Shown here: positions 43,341 to 56,639 of the stretch, piece after piece
Position numbering within the stretch: the stretch's first letter is position 1
Layout of the letters: every line of letters starts with the position of its first letter
Assembly (NCBI GenBank): GCA_964016885.1
Contig: OZ024742.1
Location: 124,062,001 to 124,126,000, forward strand
Reading direction: 5' to 3'
DNA from: Eledone cirrhosa
Lineage: Eukaryota
DNA: 64,000 nt
The notes under the pieces: generated by a model
The model's database searches: none
What the model was told of the DNA's origin: nothing
What the model saw: only the letters and a program-made list of their open reading frames with translations
Made by a program: the position numbers and the translations under genes

Positions 43341-44680
43341 AGGACAAACGAATTTCAGCGTCATAGGATACGCTCGTATCCCATTGGTCAATTGTGAGAC
43401 CACTCCTCAGTCGAAAGTCTATAGAAATTCTTCTGAGGCAGGTCACCCTGTTATAGTTTTTTTATCAGAATGTTTATGTAGAGCTGACCTCATTCACTGT
43501 GTTGGTAGTGGTAGTGGTGTTAAGAGGTCAGCTAGCAGGTCAACTTTAGTATGCTGCTGCTATGATCTGAGGAATATATGCGTGTAGACTGGCATCTAGC
43601 CTGCCACCATCTCACGTGGTGGGGGATGCCAAACAAATAAACAATGTGTGTGTTACAAACAATATCACAAATTTAGAAAAATATAAACTGTAATAAAAAA
43701 CCTTTTTGTGTCAGAATCGAGAAGTGTAAAGAATTACAATACTTATTTTAGCATAGAGTACGTACGTGTGATTGACCGTCAGCGCGCACCGTTGCGCGTG
43801 CTCACGTATAAACTGAGGCTCAGAGATTTCACCTATTTACGTCCACACAGTCTAACAAAAGATGGGTACCTTTTAAAAGCAAAATAGGTAAAAGTGGAGT
43901 GAAAAATACCAGAAACCCAGTGTGTCAAAATCCTGAAGTTAAAGGAATACAATTCTTATTTCAGCATAAAGTAAATATGCGAGTATTTTTGTCAACGCGC
44001 ACCGTTACAAGCACACACGCACAAACACAGCAGGCTCAGTTTCAATCTAATATTACATCTCACAGTCACACACACGCATACATGCACGCATACGCATAAA
44101 GTCAGCTCTAGATGTGGGGAAAGGGGTCAGTGGTAGTAATAGGCGCGTCATATTTACTTGTGTTGTTTATCCCTGACTCATGCGTGCGAAGGTGGTCGGG
44201 TTTGAGGCACGATATCCTCCGGATATTCGGGTCACAAGCCCAGGTTGGGAGTTGGGGCCCGCTGGTAGGAAAATTGGGGTGCCTGTTTGCACAGAGGATA
44301 GGACTCTACCGACGTACTTCGTCTATTCATATTCATCTAGTGTCAGCTAACTTGAGTTCTGGTTAAAGAAGTGAGAGAGAGGGGTTGACCACAGCGGTGT
44401 GAAGCATGGTTTTAGCTGCTAGGTTGGTGTGTTGCTATAGGAGTCGATCGAGGCGGGAATAGAGGTGGGAAGTGAGTAGGGGGTGGTTTACCTTGGGCTC
44501 GGTGTGACCGAGCTGCTGTCCCTATAGTTTGAGGGAAGTTCCCAGCCCAATGGGTTGTTATCCATATAGCTTGAGGAAGGTTCCGGGTCGGAGGTGTCTA
44601 CATGTACCAAAGAAGTCGGTTCTGAGGTTGATTAGGGTGCTCCCACCACATATTTGTCTTACTTATTTTATTTTATATAT

Positions 44681-45310
44681 ATATATCAAAGGTATGTATT
44701 GAGTTAGAAACTCTAAATATTCTCTTACAATAAAATAGCTCTAGAAAAGAGATTTTTCCCAGCCGTGTATTATAATTGAATATAAAAGAAAAACAAACAC
44801 AGATATATACATATATGTGTTCACATCGTAAGGGACCAGATTCGTTAAGGTAAAAAGAATACTAACTATAAACAATACGCTTTGCCAGACTCAATTTAAG
44901 AATAAATCAAGAAAATAAATACACACCGGAATTGTGGTAACTACCAATCACCCAGACAACTTTGGCTATGTTGTTTCGCCAAATTAATCGTGAAGAAGAA
45001 TACCGATTCTTGCTGATCAGTGGATAAAGAATTAGTATCCTGGTCATTTCTAAATATATTAAAAAAAACTGAATAGTGTGCGTATACATAATAACGCACA
45101 TGGTATCTGAACTTAGCGTATCTCACAAACTTACACCACTAAATATAGCGGCCAGCGTTACTCGACATTTGAATTAGCTCAACAAATTAAGGGAGCCGAA
45201 TATATCAAAGGTATATATTGAGTTAGAAACTCACAATAGTCTCTTACAATAAAATAGCTCTAGGAAAGAGATTTTTCCTAGCCTTATATTATAGTTGAAG
45301 ATAAATGAAA
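44681..45310. repeat. ~110-bp direct repeats around a ~410-bp spacer
   Basis: atatatcaaaggtat.tattgagttagaaactc...ctcttacaataaaatagctctag.aaagagattttt at ~44681-44790 and ~45200-45310. Confidence 0.75.
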
Positions 45311-45335
45311 CACACACACACACACATATATATAT

Positions 45336-45460
45336 ATGGAAAAAAGTGAAACGATATTTCATTTCTCACTCTTAGTACGGCTGCTACTTAAATATAAGTA
45401 TGTATACGTACATACATATATGTATACAGACGTACAGTAGGATGTATATATATACATACA

Positions 45461-45555
<95 letters not shown>

Positions 45556-46216
45556 GTATGAATTCACCGAACATTTATTATAATGCTCGGTTTGTTTGTA
45601 AAGAAACATCCCGAATTACGCCGTACAGTGTTTAGCAACAATCGTTGCCCTTTTGTTCAACACTGACAAAGGAAAGATGTACTAGTTTCAAGCTTATTAG
45701 CTATGGTCAGCACCGTATACCTTCCTGCCAGATGATTGAACGTCGGAAAGTATATACTTTCCTTATGCATGTTAATGGCTGAGCAGCCTAATTTGCATAT
45801 CGAGTGAGTTAATCGGCGGGGCGCAAAGAAAACGATAAATGGAAAAAATGAAACGAAATTTAATTTCTCATATATACTTTCACACGTTCAATCATCTGGC
45901 AGGAAAGTATACGGTGCTGACGATAGATAATAAGCTTGAAACTAGTACATCGTTCCTTTGTCAGTGTTTAACAAAAGGGCAACGATGGTTGCTAAACACT
46001 GTACAGCGTAATTCGGAATATTTGTTTACAAACAAACCGAGCATTATAATAAATGTTCGGTGAATCCGTACGTACATATATGTATGTGTGCATGTATGTA
46101 TATATATACATACTACTGTATGTCTGTATACATGTATGTATGTACGTATACATAATTATATTTAAGTAACAGCCGTACTAAGAGTGAGAAATGAAATTTC
46201 GTTTTATTTTTTCCAT
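45336..46216. mobile_element. ~880-bp fold-back module with an HHR in each arm
   Basis: 45336-45450 is inverted at 46110-46216 and 45550-45760 at 45870-46080; related fragment at ~38110-38260. Confidence 0.8.
45911..45953 (+). ncRNA. Minimal type I hammerhead ribozyme (intact core)
   Basis: ACGGUG-CUGACGA-UAGAUAAUAAGCUU-GAAAC-UA-GUA-CAUCGU. Partner 45675-45716 (-) has a better stem II (AGCU/AGCU) but a CUGACCA core. Confidence 0.75.
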
Positions 46217-46936
46217 TTATTGATAGATAGATAGATAAAGAGAGGGAGAGAGAGAAAGAAAGAAAGAGAGAGAGAAAGAAATAATGTGTATGATGCTGAC
46301 AGCTGGGGAAACCACTAATCATGGGAGGACTCAATATTTGTGGAGATGAAGTGTATGCATAAATATAAGTAAATTCCAGATTATGGTGCCAAGCAGTTTC
46401 GGCTTGTGTGTTCAGCAAGCCTAAACGGAGGTGTAGTAATATTGTAGGGTGCTTTGGTTGAATGTATGATAGCACTAAATTGATCTGAGGGAGAAAGTCG
46501 GTATGGGTCGAGAATAGTAGGTGTATCTGGAGGGACAATGGGTCAGGAGAAGATGTATTATGGGTAGAAGGAGGGTTACTTAGTGGGCAAAAGTGGAGTA
46601 GGATGAAAAAAGGCATAGAAGCCATAGGAATAGTTGTGGGAGGGGTTAGGCCATTTTGTAGACAAGACTTAGAACCTGAATGAGAATTTGTAAGAATATC
46701 ATTTTTTAAAAAGTGGGTTATATAGAAGTAGATGTGCAAATGGTTAGGTAAATTAGTAAAGAGGATCAAATAAAATCAGAAAAAAATATAAGGGTTTTAA
46801 CATAGGCAAAGTGGATAATATAGGTTGGTAACCGTAATTTTAAAAAAACATACACACACACATACATACACAGATATATATATAAATATATATAAATATA
46901 TATGAATATTATATATGAATATTACATATGAATATT

Positions 46937-48131
46937 TAGGGCGGGTAAAATTCCCGAGATCCATGGACGAGTTCTCTCCAGCGGTCTCTGTCACTCATCA
47001 TCGCTACCACGTCCTGCGCCTCCAATATACCAGTGTCTCCTTCTTGTAGTATGTCCGTGCAAGGGCTCCCAATGAAGCCCTGAATGCAGCGTCAACTCTG
47101 GATGTCGGTGAGCATGTCCAGCTAACCTCTGTCTCCGCTGTGTCACTTTTGAGCTGACTTTTGGGCGGTTCCCGCACAGCTCTGCGTCCTTTATCCTCAG
47201 TGTATACTGATTAATGTTCAGAGCCATCATCAGTATTCTTGTGTAGCATCCATCCATCATCTCAGTGAGTTTCTTGGTCAGTGTCCAAGCCTCAGTTTCC
47301 TACAGCAGTACAGACTCCACTGCAGCAAAGAAGAGACGGATTTCAGGTCTTTAGGAAGGTCCGACTTCCATACCGATCACAAACCGTGGCACGCCATCCA
47401 GGCTTTGCTCTTCCTCTCAACCACATCATCTTCTGTGTTTCTAATCTTTGCTCCTAGGTACAGGAAGTCCTCAACCAGCTCTAGCGGCTTCACGCCTACA
47501 TTCAAAATCTTCTCTGGCTTCTTATTATTCTCTACCAGATACTTCGTCTTAATCTCATTTATTCTCAGCCCCACAATCATCGACACAGTCTCCGCCTCCT
47601 GCATCAACTTCTCTGCCCACTTCTCTTTGTTTGTCACCAGAACTATGTCGTCGGCAATTCAGCATCTGATATCGTGTTCGCCTTCACTCTCCTGCTTTGA
47701 GCCAGTGTTACAGTAAAACCAGAGTCATGGTGTATCTCCAGCGCAAGGTGCATACAATAGTGTACTGCGATGGTAAATGTGTATGGAGCCAACGTATCTC
47801 CCTGGAGCACCCCAGCCAGTATATCAAAGAACGCCGTCATCCCACGAGGTGTAATGACTTGCGCTTTGGTGTTGGTTTAGAGCGGTGATATTAGGTCCAC
47901 TATCTTCTTGGGGATTCCATAAGCCTGTAAGATCTTCATGAGGCAGTGACGGTCAACAGAATCAAAGGCCTTCCTAAAGTCAATGAAAACCATGATAGCT
48001 GGAAGGCTCTTTCCTTTACTCCTTCTATTATCCTCCTCAGCATCAGGATGTGACTGATGGTTGATCTCCCCTCTCTGAAGCCGTTCTGGTTGTCCCTGAG
48101 CTTATTCTCCATTTCCGGCTCCATTTATGGG
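46937..48131 (-). mobile_element. RTE-clade LINE, RT to 3' end, frameshifted
   Basis: LRDNQNGFREGRST, GVLQGDTLAPY, DFLYLG, SKAWMACH, DGCYTRIL...RLAGHAHRHPE. Confidence 0.9.
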
Positions 48132-48242
48132 TTAAATAATTACCTTGTTCGAGTGGCGCCGGTAAGGTATTATCAGCCACTGACAAGAGCCATGGAGAGT
48201 CGATTTAACAGCTCTAGGGTTAGAGCCCCCAACTTCACACAC

Positions 48243-48385
<143 letters not shown>

Positions 48386-48505
48386 TATAGACATAGAATA
48401 TTCGAAAATATTCTGTATGTTTATAATAAACATTTTGAAGACCTAATCGCTATAGAATAGAATACGTCACGTATTACAATTAGATTCTCGATAAAAGCAA
48501 GGGAA

Positions 48506-48548
48506 GTAATCTACGCGTTTCATTCTTGTTAGAAATCATCAGGACTAC
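48506..48548 (-). ncRNA. Type I hammerhead ribozyme, array unit 1
   Basis: GUAGUC-CUGAUGA-U-UUCU-AACA-AGAA-U-GAAAC-GC-GUA-GAUUAC; stem I extended by a 16-bp helix (48484-48499 with 48557-48572). Confidence 0.85.
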
Positions 48549-48815
48549 ATATCCAGTGCTTTTATCGAGAATGACACAGCTAGAGACTTATAGAATACTT
48601 AGCTGTGTACAGGAACTGGTTTGAAAGAGCGGTTGCCGGTCCGGCAGAAATTAGAAATTGGAATAAATGCTCTGAAATAGCGATATATATGTGAATATAG
48701 ACATAGAATATTCGAAAATATTCTGTATGTTTATAATAAACATTTTGAAGACCTAATCGCTATAGAATAGAATACGTCACGTATTACAATTAGATTCTCG
48801 ATAAAAGCAAGGGAA

Positions 48816-48858
48816 GTAATCTACGCGTTTCATTCTTGTTAGAAATCATCAGGACTAC
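48816..48858 (-). ncRNA. Type I hammerhead ribozyme, array unit 2
   Basis: Same sequence as 48506-48548. Confidence 0.85.
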
Positions 48859-49125
48859 ATATCCAGTGCTTTTATCGAGAATGACACAGCTAGAGACTTA
48901 TAGAATACTTAGCTGTGTACAGGAACTGGTTTGAAAGAGCGGTTGCCGGTCCGGCAGAAATTAGAAATTGGAATAAATGCTCTGAAATAGCGATATATAT
49001 GTGAATATAGACATAGAATATTCGAAAATATTCTGTATGTTTATAATAAACATTTTGAAGACCTAATCGCTATAGAATAGAATACGTCACGTATTACAAT
49101 TAGATTCTCGATAAAAGCAAGGGAA

Positions 49126-49168
49126 GTAATCTACGCGTTTCATTCTTGTTAGAAATCATCAGGACTAC
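49126..49168 (-). ncRNA. Type I hammerhead ribozyme, array unit 3
   Basis: Same sequence as 48506-48548. Confidence 0.85.
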
Positions 49169-49286
49169 ATATCCAGTGCTTTTATCGAGAATGACACAGC
49201 TAGAGACTTATAGAATACTTAGCTGTGTACAGGAACTGGTTTGAAAGAGCGGTTGCCGGTCCGGCAGAAATTAGAAATTGGAATAA

Positions 49287-49341
<55 letters not shown>

Positions 49342-49539
49342 TGTGTGTGTGTGTGTGTATGTGTGTGTGTGAGTGTGTGTACATATGCTACTGGTAACAT
49401 GTAACCCAGTACGACCGGTCTCATGGTCGGGTCGTTGGCGATTAGACCGGCAAACTCCACCAAGCTAGCTTGGTGAGCAGGTTGATATATACACCCTCTG
49501 GGATGAAATACAGAAGCGGTAAATGGCGGAGGGTTTGTC

Positions 49540-50040
49540 CTGAGGTTAGAATAGATGATATAGGCTGTCTAAACAATTATTTTATGGGTAGCTCACCAGG
49601 AGAAAAAGGTAAAGGCATAAGGCAAAAAGGGGTTTAAGGATGTCATAAAAGACAAATTTACAGACGTGGAGATTGATATTGAGAAGTGGTAGCAACTGGT
49701 TGAAGGCCGTACATCATTTAAAAGTGATGTCTACGAGAAAAAGCGAGAGGGACATGTTGTTTTGAAGCATCGCTCCGTAAGTGGGTCCCAAATACAATGC
49801 CTGCAAAAATACAGCTGGAATTGAGCTCCAACATATATGGCCGATTTCTCTAACAAAAGGTGGATTTGTCAACTATCTGAAGTCACACGAGCCAAGGAGA
49901 AATTGAGGCAATTTGGAGATGGTTCTTCCACCTCCCACTCCACAGCACATTCGCAATGAGTGTGGCTTGATGTGCAAATCATCTGGTGGACTGACCAGAC
50001 ATGGTAGAATGGATGAGGAAACACCCCAAACGGTGTTACC
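49540..50040 (+). mobile_element. Decayed RTE/BovB-like LINE C-terminus
   Basis: RLSKQLFYG.L...FKDVIKD...DIEKW..LVEGR and a terminal C2H2-like ECGLMCKSSGGLTRH. Confidence 0.6.
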
Positions 50041-50093
<53 letters not shown>

Positions 50094-50199
50094 ATAATAA
50101 TAAAATTGAAGACTAAAATCCAAAGAGGGCTCGATAAGGAAAATATATTTAAAATATATAAGAACCGTAGAGCAAATATTTATTAAAATAACAGATTAA

Positions 50200-50250
50200 A
50201 GTTTAAGCAAAGAACCGCTGCTTTCACCCTTAACGGGATCTTCTGAAACT
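50200..50250 (-). ncRNA. Hammerhead-like motif with CAGAAGA core (copy 2 of 3)
   Basis: AGUUU-CAGAAGA-U-CCC-GUUAA-GGG-U-GAAAGCAG-CGGUUCU-UUGCUU-AAACU. Confidence 0.55.
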
Positions 50251-50341
50251 AACAAAGTCAATCTGTAAACGCAGAACTGGATATTTCAAAAAACGTTGTA
50301 GAAATATTCAGACGTTGTTTCTGCATGATGAATATAAGTCA

Positions 50342-50388
<47 letters not shown>

Positions 50389-50419
50389 CGTGTGTGTGCG
50401 TGTGTGTGTGTGTGCGTGT

Positions 50420-50469
<50 letters not shown>

Positions 50470-50472
<3 letters not shown>

Positions 50473-50575
50473 GTCGCGTGGCTTAGTGGTTGGAGTTTGG
50501 GATATAGAATGGTGAGATTGTGAGTTCGATTACTGGACCAGGCGTTGCGTTGTATTCTTGAGTAAGACATTTCAC
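50470..50575 (+). mobile_element. SINE family B head fragment
   Basis: gcgtggcttagtgg (A-box) ... gagttcgattac (B-box) ... cttgagtaagacatttc. Confidence 0.65.
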
Positions 50576-50841
50576 CTGTAGAAAGGAGTTGTGAAATTAC
50601 AATTTCCAAGCAGTATCGAGAACATTATTGGCGTGGGCAGGTGACTAGTGTGCATGGGCGACAGTTGTACTTCCACAAAAAATCCTCTTTGCCGAGAGTT
50701 TATATTTTCAATGGAAGGCCGCAATACTGTCCATTTATTTTTGAGACATGAAACCGATTCGGTAAAGGTAACCATAGTGAGTACAGTGATTTTTTTGAAA
50801 TTTAACTTGAAACTTTTCCTTATTTCCTAAACCTTGATTAT

Positions 50842-50896
<55 letters not shown>

Positions 50897-51577
50897 GGGG
50901 GGGGCGTGTATGCACGCCTCTGTGTGTTAGTATCAAATGTATTAACGTCCAGTAGCATAGAATAATAAATGAATGTTTATTCATGATTATTCTTACATTC
51001 AATATAAATATGATCATATTTAACAAGCTTAGAATAGAATACAGATGTGCCGACCAGTTTTCTACTTCTGGCTTTACGTTTGTACTTTTAGTGTTAGGCG
51101 AGAACGTTTAATCTACAGAAGTTTTTCCTATGCCGCATGTTAGAAAGATTGCTACGAAATATATGAAAACACAAAATGTCTAGTAAAAAAGAATCGGGAC
51201 ACGTATCTCTCGCCACAATAAATATTTCAATATGAATCTATTATGTAATATATTCTATAATATCAGTATACACCGAATGTAATTAGTTTTTGATATATGT
51301 GCATAGAAGGCAATCTTTATCGTTATATTTTAAACAATACCTTTGTTCATTTCGAAATAAGTATAGCCGAGTACTTTTTGTTATTTTTGTATCGTTATTT
51401 GTTACTTAGCCACATAGGTTCAAAAACAAACGCACATACCCGCGCATACAGCCACATACACGCACACACACACATACACACACATACACACACAAATACA
51501 CACATACACACACACAAATATATATATATATATATATATATAGTAACTTCACCTTACATTCCCAGGATACACACACA

Positions 51578-51645
<68 letters not shown>

Positions 51646-51721
51646 TATTGAAGTTTCCGTTGAAAATTGAAAAAAGTCATAGGAGTGAAGAGTGCTCTAT
51701 GTAAGTACCAGAGCAAAATTT

Positions 51722-53529
51722 AATGTATAATAAACAATACAATATAATTACCTCATTGCCAGAGGTTTCCCGAATAAGACGAATACGAAAAAAACGTCCT
51801 CATTCGTTCGTCGGACAAGGTAATATAAAACATAGTGAAATATTTGGAAAGTCTCTTCAAGAAATGCAAAACATATATAAATAAAAGTAATGCAAGAGAT
51901 ATATTAAAAAATATAGAAAAATATACAATAGGCCATAACTTAGATAGATTAAGGAAAGACTTAATTAACACCTTTCCTAGTTTTAATATAAAAATTACTA
52001 TTGACACTAACTTTCCAATGTTAATTTTCTAGATATAAACCTAGATTTAACTACTGCTTCTTATAAACCATACCATAAACCTAACGAAAATGTAAAATAT
52101 ATAAATAAAGGCTCTTGCCATCCTCCTATAGTTTTTAAAAAACTTATCCCTAATATTAGGCGTAGGATCTCCACCCTCTCTTGCTCAGAAGCTATTTTCA
52201 ATAAGGCATCCCCCTACTATAATGAAGCCCTTCAAAATAGCGGATTTAGCGAACCGATTAAGTACATACCGAACAATAATAACTCTTTTAAACATAATAA
52301 TAGGAAAATAAAAATAACCTGGTTCATACCCCCCTACTCTCTAGCAGTTAAAACTAATGTAGGCAAAACATTGCTAGTGCTCTTAGATAAACATGTCCCT
52401 AGAACACATAGATACTATAAGATCTTCAATAGAAACTGTCAGAATTAGCTACTCCTGCGGTCCCCCTATTAAATCCTATATCATCAATAAGAAATCACCG
52501 AGAGAACATCAAAATTGCTCCTGTTGAGTCAAAAGTGAATGCCCATTACAAGGTAAATGCAATACCAAAGCCATTGTATATGCGGCTAAAGTGACAACCA
52601 TCAGCAACAACCAACCAGCCACCAGTGAGCGATATGTGGGTATGACACAAGACAAATTCAAAACTCGTTATTACTCACATGTCGCATCTTTCCGACATCC
52701 AGAAAAAAGATTCACAACAGCTCTGGCCAGCAGAATATGTGATTTGAAAGATCAAGGTATCCAATATAAATTGGATTGTTCAATTTTGAACCAATCTAAA
52801 GAATATGCAAGAGGAACAAGAAGATGCACACTCTGCATAAGCGAAAAATATTGGATTTTACAAAACCTTAAATCACCAAAAACCTGCCTAAATACAAACA
52901 CGGAAATCTTCACCAGTTGCCCACACATGAAATCACACTTGCTTTCCACTCATATAAACTTAACTCACTGTCAGATACTTATCCTCCATAAAATCTTATT
53001 CTTCACTTTCCTTAAATTATTCTCTCTAGAGACTTCTCTTTCTGATTTACTTTAATTTTTAACTTTATTTTTAATTTTATTTTTATTTTTACTTCACATC
53101 CACCAGTAACCTCCCCCTACTCTTCGATTCACTTACCTAATAACTTCAACATTCCACATGTTACTTCCCCATTTTCTTTCACTACCTGATTTCAAATGTC
53201 ACTTGCGTTTTCCACCCCAGATATGTTCTGTTGTTTCGCAGCAGTTTTTATAATAGTACTCATTTATTCATAAGGCTGCTTTATACTCTGTATCTATATG
53301 TCTGAGTGTGTTTATGGGTATATACGTTCTGTATATGTATACGAGCTCCCCTGTATGTGTGCGTGCGTACGTGTATATATATGTGTGTGTATGTGTGTTT
53401 TTATATCTATGTTTTTAGATATATGTTTTTTACATTCTTATTTTTACGTGCGTGCGCAGAAGGGGGAATGTACGTGAATGTGTATATATGTATGTATATA
53501 TGTATACGTATTTATGGGTGTGTATGGGG

Positions 53530-53597
<68 letters not shown>

Positions 53598-54353
53598 GTG
53601 CCTCGTGTGTATATATGTACGCATACATGCGCTTTTGTCTGTACGTATTTGTGTGTATAAATATTTTTATAGATATATGTTATTTACAGATATATGTGTA
53701 TGTACGTGCGTCCCTATGTTTGTTTTCTTTTCTCTAGTGTAAATTGATTACTTTCTCTTTCATTTAAACATTTTTTTCATTCTCATATACTGTTTCATTT
53801 TTATACATATATCGAGAATGACACTTTTTTTCACTATTACACCCCTTCCCTCTTTATCTTCCGCATATAAGTGACCGCGCGTGTGTGTGTGTTTATACGC
53901 GTGCTTTCATACTCGTATGTGTATTTAATACCTGTATCTTGATGCGTGTCCACTATATCATCATCTTTTTTTCAACTCATATTATATCCGTATTTGTGGT
54001 CACATATACACAAATATACTTGCCCTCATATATGTACTTACGCACACATTTTCACCATACACATGCATTTGTACATTCACACATATGTACATTTGTGAGT
54101 GTATATACATACATGTACACATACCTAACTATATTTGCTTATATTTTTTGTATATTTTACTATATTTTTTAATATACCTCTTGCATTACCTTTATTTATA
54201 TATATTTTGCATTTCTTGAGGAGACTTTCCAAAATTTCACTATGTTTTATATTACCTTGTCCGACGAACGAATGAGGACGTTTTTTTCGTATTCGTCTTA
54301 TTCGGGAACCCTCTGGTAATGAGGTAATTATATTGTATTGTTTATTGTACATT
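51722..54353 (+). mobile_element. 5'-truncated Penelope-like element (probably Naiad-type): RT C-terminus and GIY-YIG (~51930-52960) with inverted terminal repeat (51722-51930 and 54145-54353)
   Basis: NFLDINLDL..YKPYHKPN, SCHPP, ITWFIPPYS..VKTNVGK, KIFNRN, CSC..ECPLQGKC, AIVYAAKV, YVGMTQDKFKTRY, CTLCISEK. An inverted 5' copy of the 3' end is typical PLE architecture. Confidence 0.9.
54251..54328 (+). ncRNA. Hammerhead in PLE terminal repeat, CCGACGA core; inverted copy at 51747-51824
   Basis: AUUACCUUGU-CCGACGA-(long stem II)-GAA[A/C]CC-UCU-GG[U/C]A-AUGAGGUAAU; 10-bp stem I; each copy has one different lesion. Confidence 0.7.
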
Positions 54354-54398
54354 ATATATATATATATACAGTAACTTCACCTTACATTACCAGGATAG

Positions 54399-54430
<32 letters not shown>

Positions 54431-54460
54431 TTGGCTCCCTCGGTTGAGTACTCTATTGAC

Positions 54461-54508
54461 TTCAGAAGATCCCGTTAAGGGTGAAAGCAGCGATTCTTTG
54501 CTTAAACT
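54461..54508 (+). ncRNA. Hammerhead-like motif with CAGAAGA core (copy 3 of 3, stem I 5' arm shortened)
   Basis: ttcagaagatcccgttaagggtgaaagcagcgattctttgcttaaact. Confidence 0.5.
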
Positions 54509-54618
54509 TTAATCTGTTACTTTAATAAATATTTGCTCTACGGTTCTTATATATTTGATATTTATTTATCCCTATCGAGCCCTCTTTGGATTTTCGTCTT
54601 CAAATTTATTATTATTAC

Positions 54619-54724
<106 letters not shown>

Positions 54725-54825
54725 TATCCTGGGAATGTAAGGTGACGTTACTGTAGATTCACCCTTGTGAGCCCTATATGTTGGATTCACGTTTGGGGCG
54801 AGGTGTAGGACTAAACAGAGTGTAA

Positions 54826-54982
54826 TATAATAATACAACGACGATTTGTTATGCCTTCATTACGTGTATTGATTGGTGACACGCGTTTCGCTATTGATAC
54901 GCTGAATGTTCGATCTGATTAATAGCAAACATTACCAATCAATAAATGTAATTAAGGCTTAACAAATCGTCCTTGTGTTATA
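54826..54982. repeat. Fold-back containing an HHR 3' half
   Basis: gacgatttgtta.gcctt.attac...tattgattggt versus accaatcaata...gtaat.aaggc.taacaaatcgtc; minus strand GAAACGCGUGUC without CUGANGA. Confidence 0.65.
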
Positions 54983-56639
54983 TATATATATATATATATA
55001 TACATATGTGTCCTGCTGTCTGTGTTGGCATTCCCTATATCTCAAGTAATACGGTATGTTTATATATATACATTCTGAAAGCCACACCAATGGATATAAT
55101 ACTGGCATTCAGCGCCCCTGCGCCGTTTCCTGTTGAGGCAGGGTGGACAACCATCAATGCATTTCGATCTGTCTCTCTCTCCCTCTACTACCGGACTTTG
55201 AAACAGTGTTATGTTCATAGCTATGACTTTCAGAGTGTTTATTTATAAACATACCGTATTTCATTAGATATACGAAATTTCACATGCGTATCTGTATACA
55301 GCTACGTTCAAAGCTAACTTCTAATTATATATATATGTGTGTGTGGGGGGGGGGGGTTATATAAATATATGCATATATAAATATATATATAAATATATAT
55401 ATATTGAAATATATATATAGTGTGCGTGTGGGAGAGTGAGAGAGATGGGAAGAGAGAGAGAAATAAAAGCATGCATATAGTATATGAAAATATGAAGTAT
55501 ATGAAAATAAACCTCTCAGACAAATGTTTTGTGCTATATATGCATGTTGTAGTGCGTTCTGAATTCAAATCAGGACGAGGTCGACTTTTCTTTTCATTTT
55601 TCCATAGTCGATAAAAAAAAACAAAAAAAAACAATTAAGTTATGAGGCTCATTTTACCTTTCCCCACATTCCTTGTCTTGAACCTATTTTAGAAACATTT
55701 ATTTAGAGTGTATCGATAATAATAAATTTAATTCTATTTCAACGTTGTTATTATTATGACGATAACTGTACAACACTTGCATAATCCTGAAATATAAAGA
55801 AATTCATTAGTATTTTTTCCCTTATAAACTCAGGTGTCCTCTTTGCCTGAAAGGATTTCGAAATCACGAATATATTTTCTCTTCAATCTTGAAATAAAAT
55901 GTTATTTTTAAATAGCCATAACATTTTTAACCCTTCATCTATATCTACTACAAATAGAACCATTATATTTCTTGCATAATTAACAAGTAGTTAATACATT
56001 ATTCCCTTTGTATAGATTTTTTCCTTTGTATAGAACTGGCCTACAGATACACTAGCTAAACCAGGATTAACATTGGCAGATGTTAATGGAAGACTTCCTG
56101 CAACATTATGAACAGCAGTATTGCTTATAACAAAACGTAATTGGTATGAAGAATGTCCATATTCTTAAGCATCTGCTATCTTTAATTTCCTTTCGATTTG
56201 CGTCATTGTAGAATCCAATGTCACATGTTTCCAGTAAATAATTATACTACCTTAGGTCTTCACATATATTAACTACTATAGATAAAGCAAATGCTTTTCG
56301 ACTGAAATTTGAACTCGTGATTTTTCAGATATTCGAAAGAAGAAGAAGCTATGGTAATGATTGTGACGAATCTTGTATACAAAGAAGGTTTCGACTTTCT
56401 GAATAAAGAATCAATCAAATTAAAAGTAGCTGAATTGAAAACATCTTCTTCAAATATTTGGTGTTTGTCTAGTGGTTACAGTTTTCCCTTCATTGATACC
56501 TATTTTGCTATAACATGTATATCAATAGGCTTTCTAGTTAAAATGTTTTAAACGCTTTAGTTAACAATATCTGCTATATTATTTTGCCGCTAAAATTGAT
56601 CTATTACTAAAGAAGTATTCATATATATAAATGAATATT

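Noticed and set aside
46113-46769. 218-aa minus-strand ORF
   Set aside because: Low-complexity, runs through (CT)n and a fold-back arm, no recognisable domain.
52525-52527. In-frame TGA in the PLE zinc-finger linker (CSC*VKSECPL), tempting as selenocysteine because some Naiad PLEs are reported selenoproteins
   Set aside because: It follows the conserved CxC at a non-Cys position (K or L in the other two copies here); CGA-to-TGA decay is simpler, the copy is frameshifted and I saw no SECIS.
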